Notes under the pieces: model-generated
What the model saw: only the letters and a program-made list of their open reading frames with translations
Told to the model about the DNA's origin: nothing
Database searches by the model: none
Program-made: the position numbers and the translations under genes
Shown here: piece after piece, positions 29,723-39,091 of the stretch
Layout: each line of letters opens with the position of its first letter
Numbering within the stretch: the stretch's first letter is position 1
Assembly: GCA_963664225.1 (NCBI GenBank)
Contig: OY760937.1
Location: 1,728,001 to 1,792,000, forward strand
DNA from: Verrucomicrobiia bacterium
GTDB lineage: Bacteria; Verrucomicrobiota; Verrucomicrobiia; Limisphaerales; UBA1319
DNA: 64,000 nucleotides
Direction: 5' to 3'

Positions 29723-30143
29723 TGATCCAACTCCTACAGAGTTGGTGGTGCGTGGGCATGTGTAACCCGTGGTAGCTCGTTCCTCGCAACCCCGGTCTGA
29801 ATGATTTAATCCCTTCGGGATAATGAGATGGGAATCCGGTGCCGCCGTGGTTGATTGGAGATTATACCGCCACCATATCCGCCAGACTGGAACGGGACGT
29901 GCCACGATTCCGGATGCGGATCATCCAGCCACGTTCGATAAACCTCACCCGCAATCGTCCCGTCCGCGCAATCCTTTTAAAACGATACGAAATTGAATCC
30001 GACGAACGGCATGTATGGGACTGATCCAACTACTACAGAGTTGGTGGTGCGTGGTTATGTGCAACCAGGGGTAGCTCGTTCCTCGCAACCCCGGGCTGAA
30101 TGATTTAATCCCTTCGGGATAATGAGATGGCAATCCGGCGCCG
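29723..30143. repeat. ~1.4 units of the 296-bp repeat, inverted relative to 6251-8489
   Basis: Near-identical to array units. Confidence 0.93.
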
Positions 30144-30372
30144 CAGATGGATGAACAGGATGGGGTGTGGATTGGCAGGGACGGGAATCCGCAGATGGAG
30201 ACCGGGAGGAACGGACTCAACCGCAAAGAGCACAGTGCCGGGAAAAAGGCAATGGACCACTGAGGCACGGAGGGGGACAAAATAAATTTATGCGTTTTAG
30301 TCCTGCACCCCAGGCAAACAGTGCGCCTGGTTTCAAATTGTGTTTTTCACGCTCTCTGGTTAGATTGGAAGG

Positions 30373-31194
30373 ATGTTGTTGGAGTTCACAAAAATGAACG
30401 GGGCGGGGAATGACTTTGTGCTGGTGGATAACCGCGAGCGCAAGATTCAACTGACCCGGACGCAGGTGACGCAATTATGCCACCGCCAGCGGGGCGCGGG
30501 CGCGGATGGCCTCATCCTGCTCGTGCCGTGCGCGAGCGGGCGCGCCGATTGGGCCTGGGATTTTTATAACAGCGACGGCAGTTCCGCGGAGATGTGCGGC
30601 AACGGCGCCCGTTGTTTCGCCCGGTTCGTCCAGAAACTGACCGGTTCCGCCAACACCCTCTCCTTCGAGACCACGGCCGGGGTGATCTCCGCGCGGATTC
30701 TTGGGGACCGGGTGGCGGTGAACCTGACCGCGCCAACGAACCTCCAACTCAACCTGAAGGTGCCCCTGACGAGCGGCGTGCAGACCGTTCACTCGATCAA
30801 CACCGGCGTGCCCCATGCCGTGCTGATGGTGGAGGATGCGGACAAGGCGATGGTCCAATCCTGGGGATCGGAACTGCGTTTCCACGCCCAGTTTCAACCG
30901 AAGGGGACGAATGTGAATTTCGTGCAGGTGACCGGCCCTGGGGCGATCCGGGTGCGGACCTATGAGCGCGGTGTGGAAGGGGAAACGCTGGCGTGCGGCA
31001 CGGGAGTGACCGCTTCGGCCCTGATTGCCGCAAAGGTGCACGGGTTCAGCTCGCCCGTTCGGGTGCGCGTGCAGGGCGGAGACACGCTGGAAGTGAGCTT
31101 CAAGCAAAATAACGGCGCTTTCGAAGAGGTTTGCCTGACCGGCCCCGCGGATTTTGTTTTCAAGGGGCAAATCGAGATTGGACTGGCCAAATAG
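30373..31194 (+). CDS. dapF: Diaminopimelate epimerase
   Basis: GAGNDF, EMCGNG, ERGVEGETLACGTG. Confidence 0.96.
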   Translation: MLLEFTKMNGAGNDFVLVDNRERKIQLTRTQVTQLCHRQRGAGADGLILLVPCASGRADWAWDFYNSDGSSAEMCGNGARCFARFVQKLTGSANTLSFETTAGVISARILGDRVAVNLTAPTNLQLNLKVPLTSGVQTVHSINTGVPHAVLMVEDADKAMVQSWGSELRFHAQFQPKGTNVNFVQVTGPGAIRVRTYERGVEGETLACGTGVTASALIAAKVHGFSSPVRVRVQGGDTLEVSFKQNNGAFEEVCLTGPADFVFKGQIEIGLAK

Positions 31195-31234
31195 GCGGCA
31201 ATCCGCCACCATTTTCTTTTACTGAGGTATTGCC

Positions 31235-32110
31235 ATGTTTACCGGAACTTACACCGCAATTGTCACGCCATTTAAGAACGAACAGCTCGATGAACCCGCT
31301 CTGGAGAGTCTGATCAAGGCCCAGATCAAGGGTGGCGTCACCGGCATCATACCGGTGGGCTCCACCGGCGAATCGCCCACGCTGAGCTACGAGGAGCACA
31401 TTCACGTCATCGAGCTGGCGGTCAAATTTGCGGGCCAGAAGATCAAGGTCATTGCCGGAGCGGGCGCCAACGCGACCCACGAGGCCATTTTCCTGGCGCA
31501 GGCGGCGGAGAAGGCGGGCGCGGACGCCTGCCTGCAAGTGGTTCCCTATTACAACAAGCCGACACAGGAGGGGCTGTTCCGCCATTTCCAGGCGATCTCC
31601 CAGGCCACCCATCTGCCCATCATCCTTTACAACATCCCCGGCCGGTGCGGTGTGGAAATCGCGGTGGAAACCATCCAGCGCCTGGTCAAGGAGTGCAAAA
31701 ACATCGTCGGCAGCAAGGAATCGACCGGCAACCTCGACCGCATCAGCCAGATGCGCGCGGTGCTGGGCGACCGTTTTTCCATTCTCTGCGGCGATGACTC
31801 GCTCACCCTGCCCTTCATGGCCCTGGGCGCGGACGGCGTGGTCAGCGTGGCTTCCAATATCATCCCCAAGGAAATGAGCCAGTTGGTCCTGGCCATGTCC
31901 ATGGGCAAGCTGGATATCGCGCAGAAGATCCATTACAAATACTTCCAGCTTTTCCGCGATCTTTTTATCGAGACCAATCCCGGCCCCATCAAGGCGGCAT
32001 TGGCGATGACGGACGCCATCGAGGAGGAATACCGGCTGCCCATCACCCCGATGAGCGCCAAAAACCGCGAGATCCTCAGGGCCACCCTCAAGGCTTGCGA
32101 TATTCTGTAA
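31235..32110 (+). CDS. dapA: 4-hydroxy-tetrahydrodipicolinate synthase
   Basis: GSTGES, PYYNKP, YNIPGR, KES, ETNP. Confidence 0.96.
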   Translation: MFTGTYTAIVTPFKNEQLDEPALESLIKAQIKGGVTGIIPVGSTGESPTLSYEEHIHVIELAVKFAGQKIKVIAGAGANATHEAIFLAQAAEKAGADACLQVVPYYNKPTQEGLFRHFQAISQATHLPIILYNIPGRCGVEIAVETIQRLVKECKNIVGSKESTGNLDRISQMRAVLGDRFSILCGDDSLTLPFMALGADGVVSVASNIIPKEMSQLVLAMSMGKLDIAQKIHYKYFQLFRDLFIETNPGPIKAALAMTDAIEEEYRLPITPMSAKNREILRATLKACDIL

Positions 32111-32130
32111 ACGAACCGGGTCGTGGAATT

Positions 32131-32865
32131 ATGACAAAACTCATCATTGCCGGATGCAAGGGCCGCATGGGCCACGCGTTATTGGATTGCGCGTCGCGTC
32201 TGCCCAAGCTCGAAGTCACAGGCCGCGTCGATCTGGGCGACGACGTCCGTCCGCTCATTTCCGACTGCGACGTCATCATCGACTTCACTTTCCATACGGC
32301 CACCCCTGACTTTGCGAAGCTCTGCGCGCAACATGGCAAGGCGCTGGTCATTGGCACCACCGGCCACACGCCGGAGGAGAAGGCCGCGATCCAACTCGCC
32401 GCCACAAACATTCCCATCGTCTGGAGCTCGAATTATTCCACCGGCGTGAACACCCTGTTCTGGCTCACGCGCAAGGCCGCTGAAATTTTGGGCACCGGTT
32501 ATGACCTTGAGATTGTCGAAATGCACCACCGCCACAAAAAGGATGCCCCGAGCGGCACCGCGGAAACATTGGCGCGCATTCTGGCTGGGGTCCGCAATGA
32601 GCAACTGGAAAAAGTCATCCGCCATGGTCGCCAGGGCATCACGGGCGAGCGCACCAATGAGGAGATCGGGATGCACTCGCTCCGCGGCGGCGATGTCGTG
32701 GGAGATCACACCGTCATTTTTGCGGGAACGGGCGAACGCCTGGAACTGACCCACAAGGCCTCCAGCCGCGACACCCTGGCCAATGGCGCGTTGCGCGCCG
32801 CCCAGTGGGTCGTGGGCCAAAAGGCCGGCATCTACGACATGCAGAACGTGCTGGGGCTCCAGTAA
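32131..32865 (+). CDS. dapB: 4-hydroxy-tetrahydrodipicolinate reductase
   Basis: G..GRMG, GTTG, EMHHRHKKDAPSGTA. Confidence 0.96.
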   Translation: MTKLIIAGCKGRMGHALLDCASRLPKLEVTGRVDLGDDVRPLISDCDVIIDFTFHTATPDFAKLCAQHGKALVIGTTGHTPEEKAAIQLAATNIPIVWSSNYSTGVNTLFWLTRKAAEILGTGYDLEIVEMHHRHKKDAPSGTAETLARILAGVRNEQLEKVIRHGRQGITGERTNEEIGMHSLRGGDVVGDHTVIFAGTGERLELTHKASSRDTLANGALRAAQWVVGQKAGIYDMQNVLGLQ

Positions 32866-32883
32866 AGGCGCTGGAGCGAGTCC

Positions 32884-33417
32884 ATGCACCCCGATTCGCA
32901 CATCCAATGGGATTGGAACCGCGCTGCGTTCATTGCCCTGGGATCGAACGTCGGCGATCGCCCGCGCATTGTCCGGGAGGCGATGAAACAAGTGGCTGCG
33001 CTTTCCAGCGGTCCGGTCAAGTTTTCCTCCCTCTGGATCACCACCCCGGTGGATTGCCCGCCCGGTTCCCCCGCGTTCTTGAATGCTGCGGTGGGGATCA
33101 CGCCAGCCACCGGTCTGGAACCTGAAGAACTCTTGCGCCAGTTGCTCCACCTCGAAAAAGAATGGGGGCGCCAGCCCAAAATCGTCCTCAACGAACCCCG
33201 CCCGCTGGATCTGGACCTCATCGCATTCGGCACATGCGTCCGCCACACGGCGCAATTGACCCTGCCCCATCCGCGTGCCCATCTGCGGCGGTTTGTGCTC
33301 CAACCGCTCAGCGAGATTGCGCCGAATCTTGTTTTGCCGGGGCAAACAAGGACGGTGGTGGAGTTGTTGGGCGAGTTGCCCGTTGATGCGGCCCTGCGGA
33401 AATACTCGGAAGCGTAA
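32884..33417 (+). CDS. folK: 2-amino-4-hydroxy-6-hydroxymethyldihydropteridine diphosphokinase
   Basis: ALGSNVGD, FLNAA, PRPLDLDL, LPHPR...RRFVL.PL. Confidence 0.93.
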   Translation: MHPDSHIQWDWNRAAFIALGSNVGDRPRIVREAMKQVAALSSGPVKFSSLWITTPVDCPPGSPAFLNAAVGITPATGLEPEELLRQLLHLEKEWGRQPKIVLNEPRPLDLDLIAFGTCVRHTAQLTLPHPRAHLRRFVLQPLSEIAPNLVLPGQTRTVVELLGELPVDAALRKYSEA

Positions 33418-33743
33418 AGAGCTGCGACGGGTGCGAGACAGGAATTGTCCGGAAGGAAGGAAGTTTTCTAAACGGACCCCGCTCGTGCCTCGCTGGGCGA
33501 GGAATAAGATTGGCGCGATTAGCGTGTTCGGGGCGCAGGGGTGGTAGTGGACGCGGCGGCGGGTTCCAGCGCCTGCGGATTGGAAATCCGCGATACGGTT
33601 GGAAACCTGCGCTACGGGTCGGCCCGGATCGGTGCGCAGAAGAGTGGCGCGATAAGCGTGTTCGGGGCGCAGGGGTGGTAGTGGAAGCGGTGGCGGGTTC
33701 CAGCGCCTGCGGATTGGAAATCCGCGATACGGCAGCAACGGTG

Positions 33744-34706
33744 TCATGGAGCAACACAGAATCTGGGATCTTTTAGGGCATGATTCATCAATACGATGAG
33801 TTTCCGCATCACTGCTGTCAGCGCCACTTTGGGCTTCTTGCCCGCCGCCCGCAGCCTCTTATAAAAGGCCTTGAGGATGGAATTGCAGCGCACCGCTGCC
33901 ACGGAGGCCATGTAGAGGGCGCGGCGCACCCCGGTCCGGCCGCCACCAATGTGACGCTGGCCTTCCCAAGGGCCGCTCTGGCGCACCCACGGGGCCAGCC
34001 CCGCCAGGGCTGCCGCCTGGCCCCGGTTGAGGGTTCCCAGTTCGGGCATCTGCGCCACTACCGTCACGGCCGTCAGCATCCCCACGCCGGGAATTTCCGC
34101 CAGGCGGGTGACTTGTTTTTGCTCGACGGCGTGGCGGGCCAGGGCGGCGGTTAATTCGGCCAGCACTGCGGCCAAACGGCTTTCCAGATGCCGTATCAGC
34201 TTGGCGTGTTCGGTGCGGACGAAGGGTGAGTCGTGGTGTTCGGCCTGATTTTTGGCGATGGTCAGGAGATCTTTGAGTTGTTCGCGCCAGGTCACCAGGG
34301 CGGTGAGCTCAGTGTGGGCTGGCGTCGGGGCGGTGGTGGCAGCGGGCTCCAGGGCCTTGCCGAAGGCGCTCAGGCTGGCAGCATCGATCGGATCGCTCTT
34401 GGCCCGCTGGCCGGTGGCGCGGGCGAAGGCACGGGTCTGGGCCGGGTTGACCACGCTGACGGGTAAACCGGCCGTGTGAAGTGCCGCCACGACGGCACGC
34501 TCATAGCCGCCAGTGGCTTCGAGGATCACGTGGGCACCGGGCACAGCACCCAGACATTGGACCAGTTGTGTGTGCCCCGCCGCATCGTTGGTCACGTCCA
34601 GGAGCCGTCCGGGAAGGTGAAGTTGGAGAGTGGCCTTGGCGACGTCCAGACCGACATGGACAGGGGCGGATTTTTCAGTCATAATATTAAAGTTGTTCGG
34701 ACTCAT
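33744..34706 (-). CDS. IS110 transposase (DEDD RuvC-like + Tnp20); alternative start 34682
   Basis: GLDVAK, LEATGGYE, AKSDPIDA, RQSG catalytic Ser, GKKPKVALTAVMRKL. Confidence 0.93.
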   Translation of the reverse strand: MSPNNFNIMTEKSAPVHVGLDVAKATLQLHLPGRLLDVTNDAAGHTQLVQCLGAVPGAHVILEATGGYERAVVAALHTAGLPVSVVNPAQTRAFARATGQRAKSDPIDAASLSAFGKALEPAATTAPTPAHTELTALVTWREQLKDLLTIAKNQAEHHDSPFVRTEHAKLIRHLESRLAAVLAELTAALARHAVEQKQVTRLAEIPGVGMLTAVTVVAQMPELGTLNRGQAAALAGLAPWVRQSGPWEGQRHIGGGRTGVRRALYMASVAAVRCNSILKAFYKRLRAAGKKPKVALTAVMRKLIVLMNHALKDPRFCVAP

Positions 34707-34895
34707 TCTTGCAAATACGAGCTGGCGTTGTAACACGCCGCTCTGGTAACGGTTCGAGTTTCGGACAAAGGCGAGCGCGATTCATGCTGCCGTACGGTCT
34801 GGCTTTCACCAGACCAAGATTGGAACGAACACGCGTCCGCCGTCCCTTCCCCGCCTGCAGGCGGGGAAGGGACACCACTTCTTTCTTGTTCAACG
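34707..34895 (-). ncRNA. Predicted IS110 bridge RNA (ends approximate)
   Basis: 5' hairpin GTCCCTTCCCCGCCTGCAGGCGGGGAAGGGAC; target guides TTCCAATCT and TACGGCAG; donor guides ACCGTTAC and TGCAAG. Confidence 0.82.
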
Positions 34896-35119
34896 CGAAC
34901 CAACAAACAAGTGGCAAATTCAAACATACAAGGTTGGAAACCTGCGCTACGGGTCGGCCCGGATCGGTGCGCAGAAGAGTGGCGCGATTAGCGTGTTCGG
35001 GGCGCAGGGGTGGTAGTGGAAGCGGTGGCGGGTTCCAGCGCCTGCGGATTGGAAATCCGCGATACGGGTCGGCAGAAGCCTGATCTTGCAAATGGGCCAT
35101 GATCACCTAGCTTTGGGGG

Positions 35120-35797
35120 ATGGATTTGCCTTGCCAGGTACCGATCATGACACTGCCGGACGCGACCCTCTTTCCAGGGTCGCTTCTGCCGTTGCACATT
35201 TTCGAGCCCCGTTACCGGCGCATGCTCAAGGATGCCCTGGAAACGAGCCGGGTGTTCGCCATTGCCATGCGCAAACCCGGAAGCAAACAGGAAATTCCCC
35301 TTCAGGTGGCCGGTTTGGGCATGATCCGCGTGGCGTTGAAACGGCCGGACGGCACGTCCCATGTCATTTTGCAGGGCCTCTCTCGGGTGGCGCTCATGGG
35401 CGCGGTGCGGCGCAGGCCCTACCGGATTGAATCCGCCATGCCTCTGCTGGCCAAACGGGATACCTTCCCGGATGCGCCCGCATTGACCCGCCAGTTGCGA
35501 AACCTGGTCACCGCGCGTCTGGAACAGGATGAGCCCATGACCAAATACGAACTGCTCAAGCAACTGCCTCCGGAGGCGGTGCCGCACTTCGATGCCATGG
35601 CCGCCTCTTCGCTCAAGCATTTCGTGGAACTCCTGGGCGAGGTCAAGGATCCGGGCCAGGTGGCCGATCTGGTCGGTTGCACCCTGCTGCGCAAAGCCAG
35701 CGAGCGCCAGATCATCCTGGAGACCGTGGAAATCGAGCCCCGCCTGCGCATGGTCATCCGATTTCTGAAGGAGGAAATTCATAGCGAAGGTTTATGA
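35120..35797 (+). CDS. Lon N-terminal (substrate-binding) domain protein
   Basis: LFPGSLLPLHIFEPRYRRM motif. Confidence 0.85.
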   Translation: MDLPCQVPIMTLPDATLFPGSLLPLHIFEPRYRRMLKDALETSRVFAIAMRKPGSKQEIPLQVAGLGMIRVALKRPDGTSHVILQGLSRVALMGAVRRRPYRIESAMPLLAKRDTFPDAPALTRQLRNLVTARLEQDEPMTKYELLKQLPPEAVPHFDAMAASSLKHFVELLGEVKDPGQVADLVGCTLLRKASERQIILETVEIEPRLRMVIRFLKEEIHSEGL

Positions 35798-35868
35798 AGG
35801 CCACAAAGCATTGATTTGGAGTCCACCGAGTCCAGTTTGAATCACGAACCAAAACACAGAGTCAAACC

Positions 35869-36300
35869 ATGAACCCACCTTCAGAAAGGGACTTGAACCC
35901 CGTCAACACCGGCCTCGCCGAGTATCACGCGGCGTTGTTTGCCAACCTGGTTGTTCAACAGGCCAGCCTGGCCATGATGTTCCTGGGCCAGATCGCCAAT
36001 CCCGAGACCGGCCAGCCCATGCTCGATCTGGAGGGCGCCCGGCTCATCATCGACCAGTTGGAAATGATCCAGGCCAAGACCAGGGGTAATTTGTCCCCCA
36101 ATGAAGAGGAAATGCTCAAGGAAAGCCTGACCAACCTGCACCTGGCTTTTGTGCAGCAGGCCAATGCGACCCCTTCCGCCGAATCCGCCACAGCAGCGGC
36201 CACCAAACTCCCGGCCTCTGCTGAAGCTCCCAATTCTTCCGCAGGCGCCGAAGAAGCCGAATCCAAAAAGAAGTTCACCAAGAAATACGGCCAGGAATAG
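35869..36300 (+). CDS. DUF1844-like protein
   Basis: AMMFLG.I.NP.TG....DL..AR..ID.L....KT.GNL. Confidence 0.75.
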   Translation: MNPPSERDLNPVNTGLAEYHAALFANLVVQQASLAMMFLGQIANPETGQPMLDLEGARLIIDQLEMIQAKTRGNLSPNEEEMLKESLTNLHLAFVQQANATPSAESATAAATKLPASAEAPNSSAGAEEAESKKKFTKKYGQE

Positions 36301-36411
36301 GCTGGGAAGGCCGGAGAAGATCGGTGGTTTCGTGGTTCTTATCGCCATGCGGACACGGTATTTCGCACAAACCTCTTGTGTAACGGCCCGTCATGGTTTT
36401 GATTGGCGGGA

Positions 36412-38394
36412 ATGAATCGCGTCCGCCTGTTACCAGAGCAAGTCGCCAACCAGATCGCCGCCGGTGAAGTCGTCGAACGACCCGCCAGCGTCGTGAAGGA
36501 ATTGGTGGAAAACGCGCTGGACGCCGGTTCGAGCCGCATCACCGTTGAAATTCAAGCCGGGGGTCGCGCCATGATCCGTGTCACCGACGACGGCATCGGC
36601 ATGAGCCGCGATGACGCCCTGATGTCCCTGGAGCGTCACGCCACGAGCAAAATCAAGACCGCCGAGGATCTCCACGCCATCACGACCATGGGATTCCGCG
36701 GGGAGGCTCTCCCCAGCCTTGCGAGCGTCAGCCGCATGACCCTGACCACGCGGGAACGCGACGGCGCGTCCGCCGAGGGGGCGCAGATCGTCATTCACGG
36801 TGGAAAAATTCTGGAGGTCAAATCCGCTGGAGCGCCCACGGGCACCTGCATCGAGGCCCGCCAACTCTTTTACAACCTGCCCGCGCGCCGCAAATTCCTG
36901 CGCACCGAGGAAACCGAACGCGCCCACATCCAGCACTACCTGATCCTTGCCGCACTGGCCAATCCCGGGGTCGCCTTCACGTTCCTCCAGGAGGGACGCA
37001 CCGTCTGGCAACTGCCCGGCATCCCGTCAGCGCCTGACGCGGGCCATCCCTTTGCAGCCTTGCTCGACCGCTTGCGCGCGCTCTACGGCACAAACGAACG
37101 ATTCATCCGGGTGGACCATGAGGCGTTGCTGCCCGTGCCGCCCACTTATCAAAATGAGCCTCCCGAAGAACCTCGGCGATTGATCGTGTGGGGCTTTGCG
37201 GGGGAACCGGGCGTCTCACGCTCGACCCGCGAGAACCAGCATTTATTCGTCAATCGCCGCCCTGTCGATAATCGCGGCCTGAATTTCGCGCTGCTCGAAG
37301 GCTACCACAACGCCTTGATGAAAGGGCGCTACCCGGTCTGCTGCCTGTTTCTGGAAATCGATCCGATGGAGGTGGACGTGAACATCCATCCCTCCAAACG
37401 CGAGGTGAAATTCCGTCGGGAACAAGCCGTTCGACAGATCGTGGGCCAGGCCGTCCGCCACGCGCTCCTGGAGCATCATGCCGCGGGACAGGCCGCGTCC
37501 GCAGCGCAAGCCACCGCGTCAAGCCCGGCATCGCAATCGGCATTGGCACCTGCGCACACACAACCGCCTGAAATCCCGCATACTGCGGTCGATCTCCCCA
37601 TTTTTCATGCGCCTCCTCAGCACGCGCCAACACCCACGCCAAATTTCCCAGCGGTCCCAGGCGCGCCTGCAATCCCGATTTCTCCGATAGGTAAACCTTC
37701 AGCGCCCATCGCGCGTCAGGAACCCTTGCTGCCACAAACGGCGTTTCGCCCGCAGCCCCCTGGCGATCCCAAAGCCCCCGCTCCGTTCGATGCCGCCCCC
37801 GTGCCGCTCCTGGCCGTTCCCCTGCGCATGATCGGCGTGATCGGCCGTCTCTACGTGGTGCTGGAATCGGATCGCGGTTTGGTGCTGATGGACCAGCACG
37901 CCGCGCACGAACGGGTTCTCTACGAGCAGATGCTCGCGCGCGCCGACCAGGGCCAGGCCCCGTCCCAGCGATTGCTCCTGCCGGACACCATCGAACTCTC
38001 CGCGCGGGACGCCCAATTCCTGCGCGAGCAGCTTCCCCTGCTCAACCGCCTGGGGGTGGGATTGAGCGAATTTGGCGAACGCACATTTCTGCTGGACGCC
38101 CTGCCGCCCTACGCGCCTGCCGGCAACGCGCGCCAATTCGTGCTGGATATTCTGGATGAATTAAAAGCTGCGGGCCAGTCCGTGAATTCCTGGCGGCTGG
38201 GCGAAAACGTGGTGGCCAAAACCGTCTGCCGTCACGCCGTCAAGGCGCACGATCCCCTGGCCGCACCGGAGATTCTCACCCTGATCGAGGACTTGCGCCG
38301 CTGCACCATGCCCTACACCTGTCCGCACGGCAGACCCACGCTCATCGAGCTGGGCTTTCGCGAATTGGAGAGGCGATTCGGTCGCGTGCAGTGA
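36412..38394 (+). CDS. mutL: DNA mismatch repair protein MutL
   Basis: IAAGEVVERPASVVKELVEN, GFRGEAL, DQHAAHERVLYE, CPHGRP. Confidence 0.97.
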   Translation: MNRVRLLPEQVANQIAAGEVVERPASVVKELVENALDAGSSRITVEIQAGGRAMIRVTDDGIGMSRDDALMSLERHATSKIKTAEDLHAITTMGFRGEALPSLASVSRMTLTTRERDGASAEGAQIVIHGGKILEVKSAGAPTGTCIEARQLFYNLPARRKFLRTEETERAHIQHYLILAALANPGVAFTFLQEGRTVWQLPGIPSAPDAGHPFAALLDRLRALYGTNERFIRVDHEALLPVPPTYQNEPPEEPRRLIVWGFAGEPGVSRSTRENQHLFVNRRPVDNRGLNFALLEGYHNALMKGRYPVCCLFLEIDPMEVDVNIHPSKREVKFRREQAVRQIVGQAVRHALLEHHAAGQAASAAQATASSPASQSALAPAHTQPPEIPHTAVDLPIFHAPPQHAPTPTPNFPAVPGAPAIPISPIGKPSAPIARQEPLLPQTAFRPQPPGDPKAPAPFDAAPVPLLAVPLRMIGVIGRLYVVLESDRGLVLMDQHAAHERVLYEQMLARADQGQAPSQRLLLPDTIELSARDAQFLREQLPLLNRLGVGLSEFGERTFLLDALPPYAPAGNARQFVLDILDELKAAGQSVNSWRLGENVVAKTVCRHAVKAHDPLAAPEILTLIEDLRRCTMPYTCPHGRPTLIELGFRELERRFGRVQ

Positions 38395-38442
38395 GACGGC
38401 GGCAGAGCCAAAGCAGAATGCGGATGCGGCGAAGCGGCTTCA

Positions 38443-39075
38443 TCAATCCACCTCCGAATGATGCCGCGCCACGGCTTCAACCCGGTTGCGCACCTGCATT
38501 TTCTGGCAAATGCTTTTCACGTAGGTGCGCACTGTTTCCACACCGATATTCAATTTATCGGCAATTTCCTTGTATATAAACCCTGTGGAAAGCAGGTCCA
38601 GCACCTGCAATTCGCGCGCCGACAGGTTCTGTTTTGGCTTGTTGGCGGGGCCGATCAGGTGGAAATGTTGCACCACTTTTCGCGCAATATGACTGGACAT
38701 CGGCGCTCCACCCGCATAGGCGTCGCGTATGGCATCGAGCAATTGATTCGGGGGGCTGGACTTGACCAGGTAACCGTTGGCTCCGGCCTTCAAGGCGCTG
38801 AAGATGCGCTCACTGTCCTCGTAAACCGTCACCATGATAATCTGGAGCGTGGGCACCAGCTTGGTCAGTTCCGCAACGCACTGGATGCCGGACATGCCCG
38901 GCAGCCGGATATCCATGAGCACGACGTTGGGTTTGAGCGTCGGAATGCCCTTCAAGGCCTCCTCACCGGACGCAAACACACCCACGCATCGGATATCCGG
39001 GGCGGTGCCCAGAACATCCACGAGCTGCTGCCTGAGTCCCGGATCATCCTCCACTATCGCCACTGTTTTGTTCAT
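38443..39075 (-). CDS. NarL/LuxR-family response regulator
   Basis: REC domain (VEDD, LMDI, K) plus LSARE..VL HTH. Confidence 0.93.
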   Translation of the reverse strand: MNKTVAIVEDDPGLRQQLVDVLGTAPDIRCVGVFASGEEALKGIPTLKPNVVLMDIRLPGMSGIQCVAELTKLVPTLQIIMVTVYEDSERIFSALKAGANGYLVKSSPPNQLLDAIRDAYAGGAPMSSHIARKVVQHFHLIGPANKPKQNLSARELQVLDLLSTGFIYKEIADKLNIGVETVRTYVKSICQKMQVRNRVEAVARHHSEVD

Positions 39076-39091
39076 AATGCGCGCCCTTCGA

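Larger units (their letters stand above)
33734..34932 (-). mobile_element. IS110-family element with CT core, apparently intact
   Basis: AG (CT on the minus strand) at 33734-5 and 34931-2; removing the element restores gatacggcAGgttggaaacc; same end motifs as 10417-11591. Confidence 0.93.
33511..35073. repeat. Three tandem ~134-138 bp REP-containing units; the middle one is split by IS110
   Basis: Units start at 33511, 33645 and 34980; shared gcggattggaaatccgcgatacgg, with gttggaaacctgcgctac in units 1 and 2. Confidence 0.9.

Noticed and set aside
32179..33757. 522 aa and 149 aa minus-strand ORFs with internal repeats
   Set aside because: Read-through of REP units and antisense to dapB/folK
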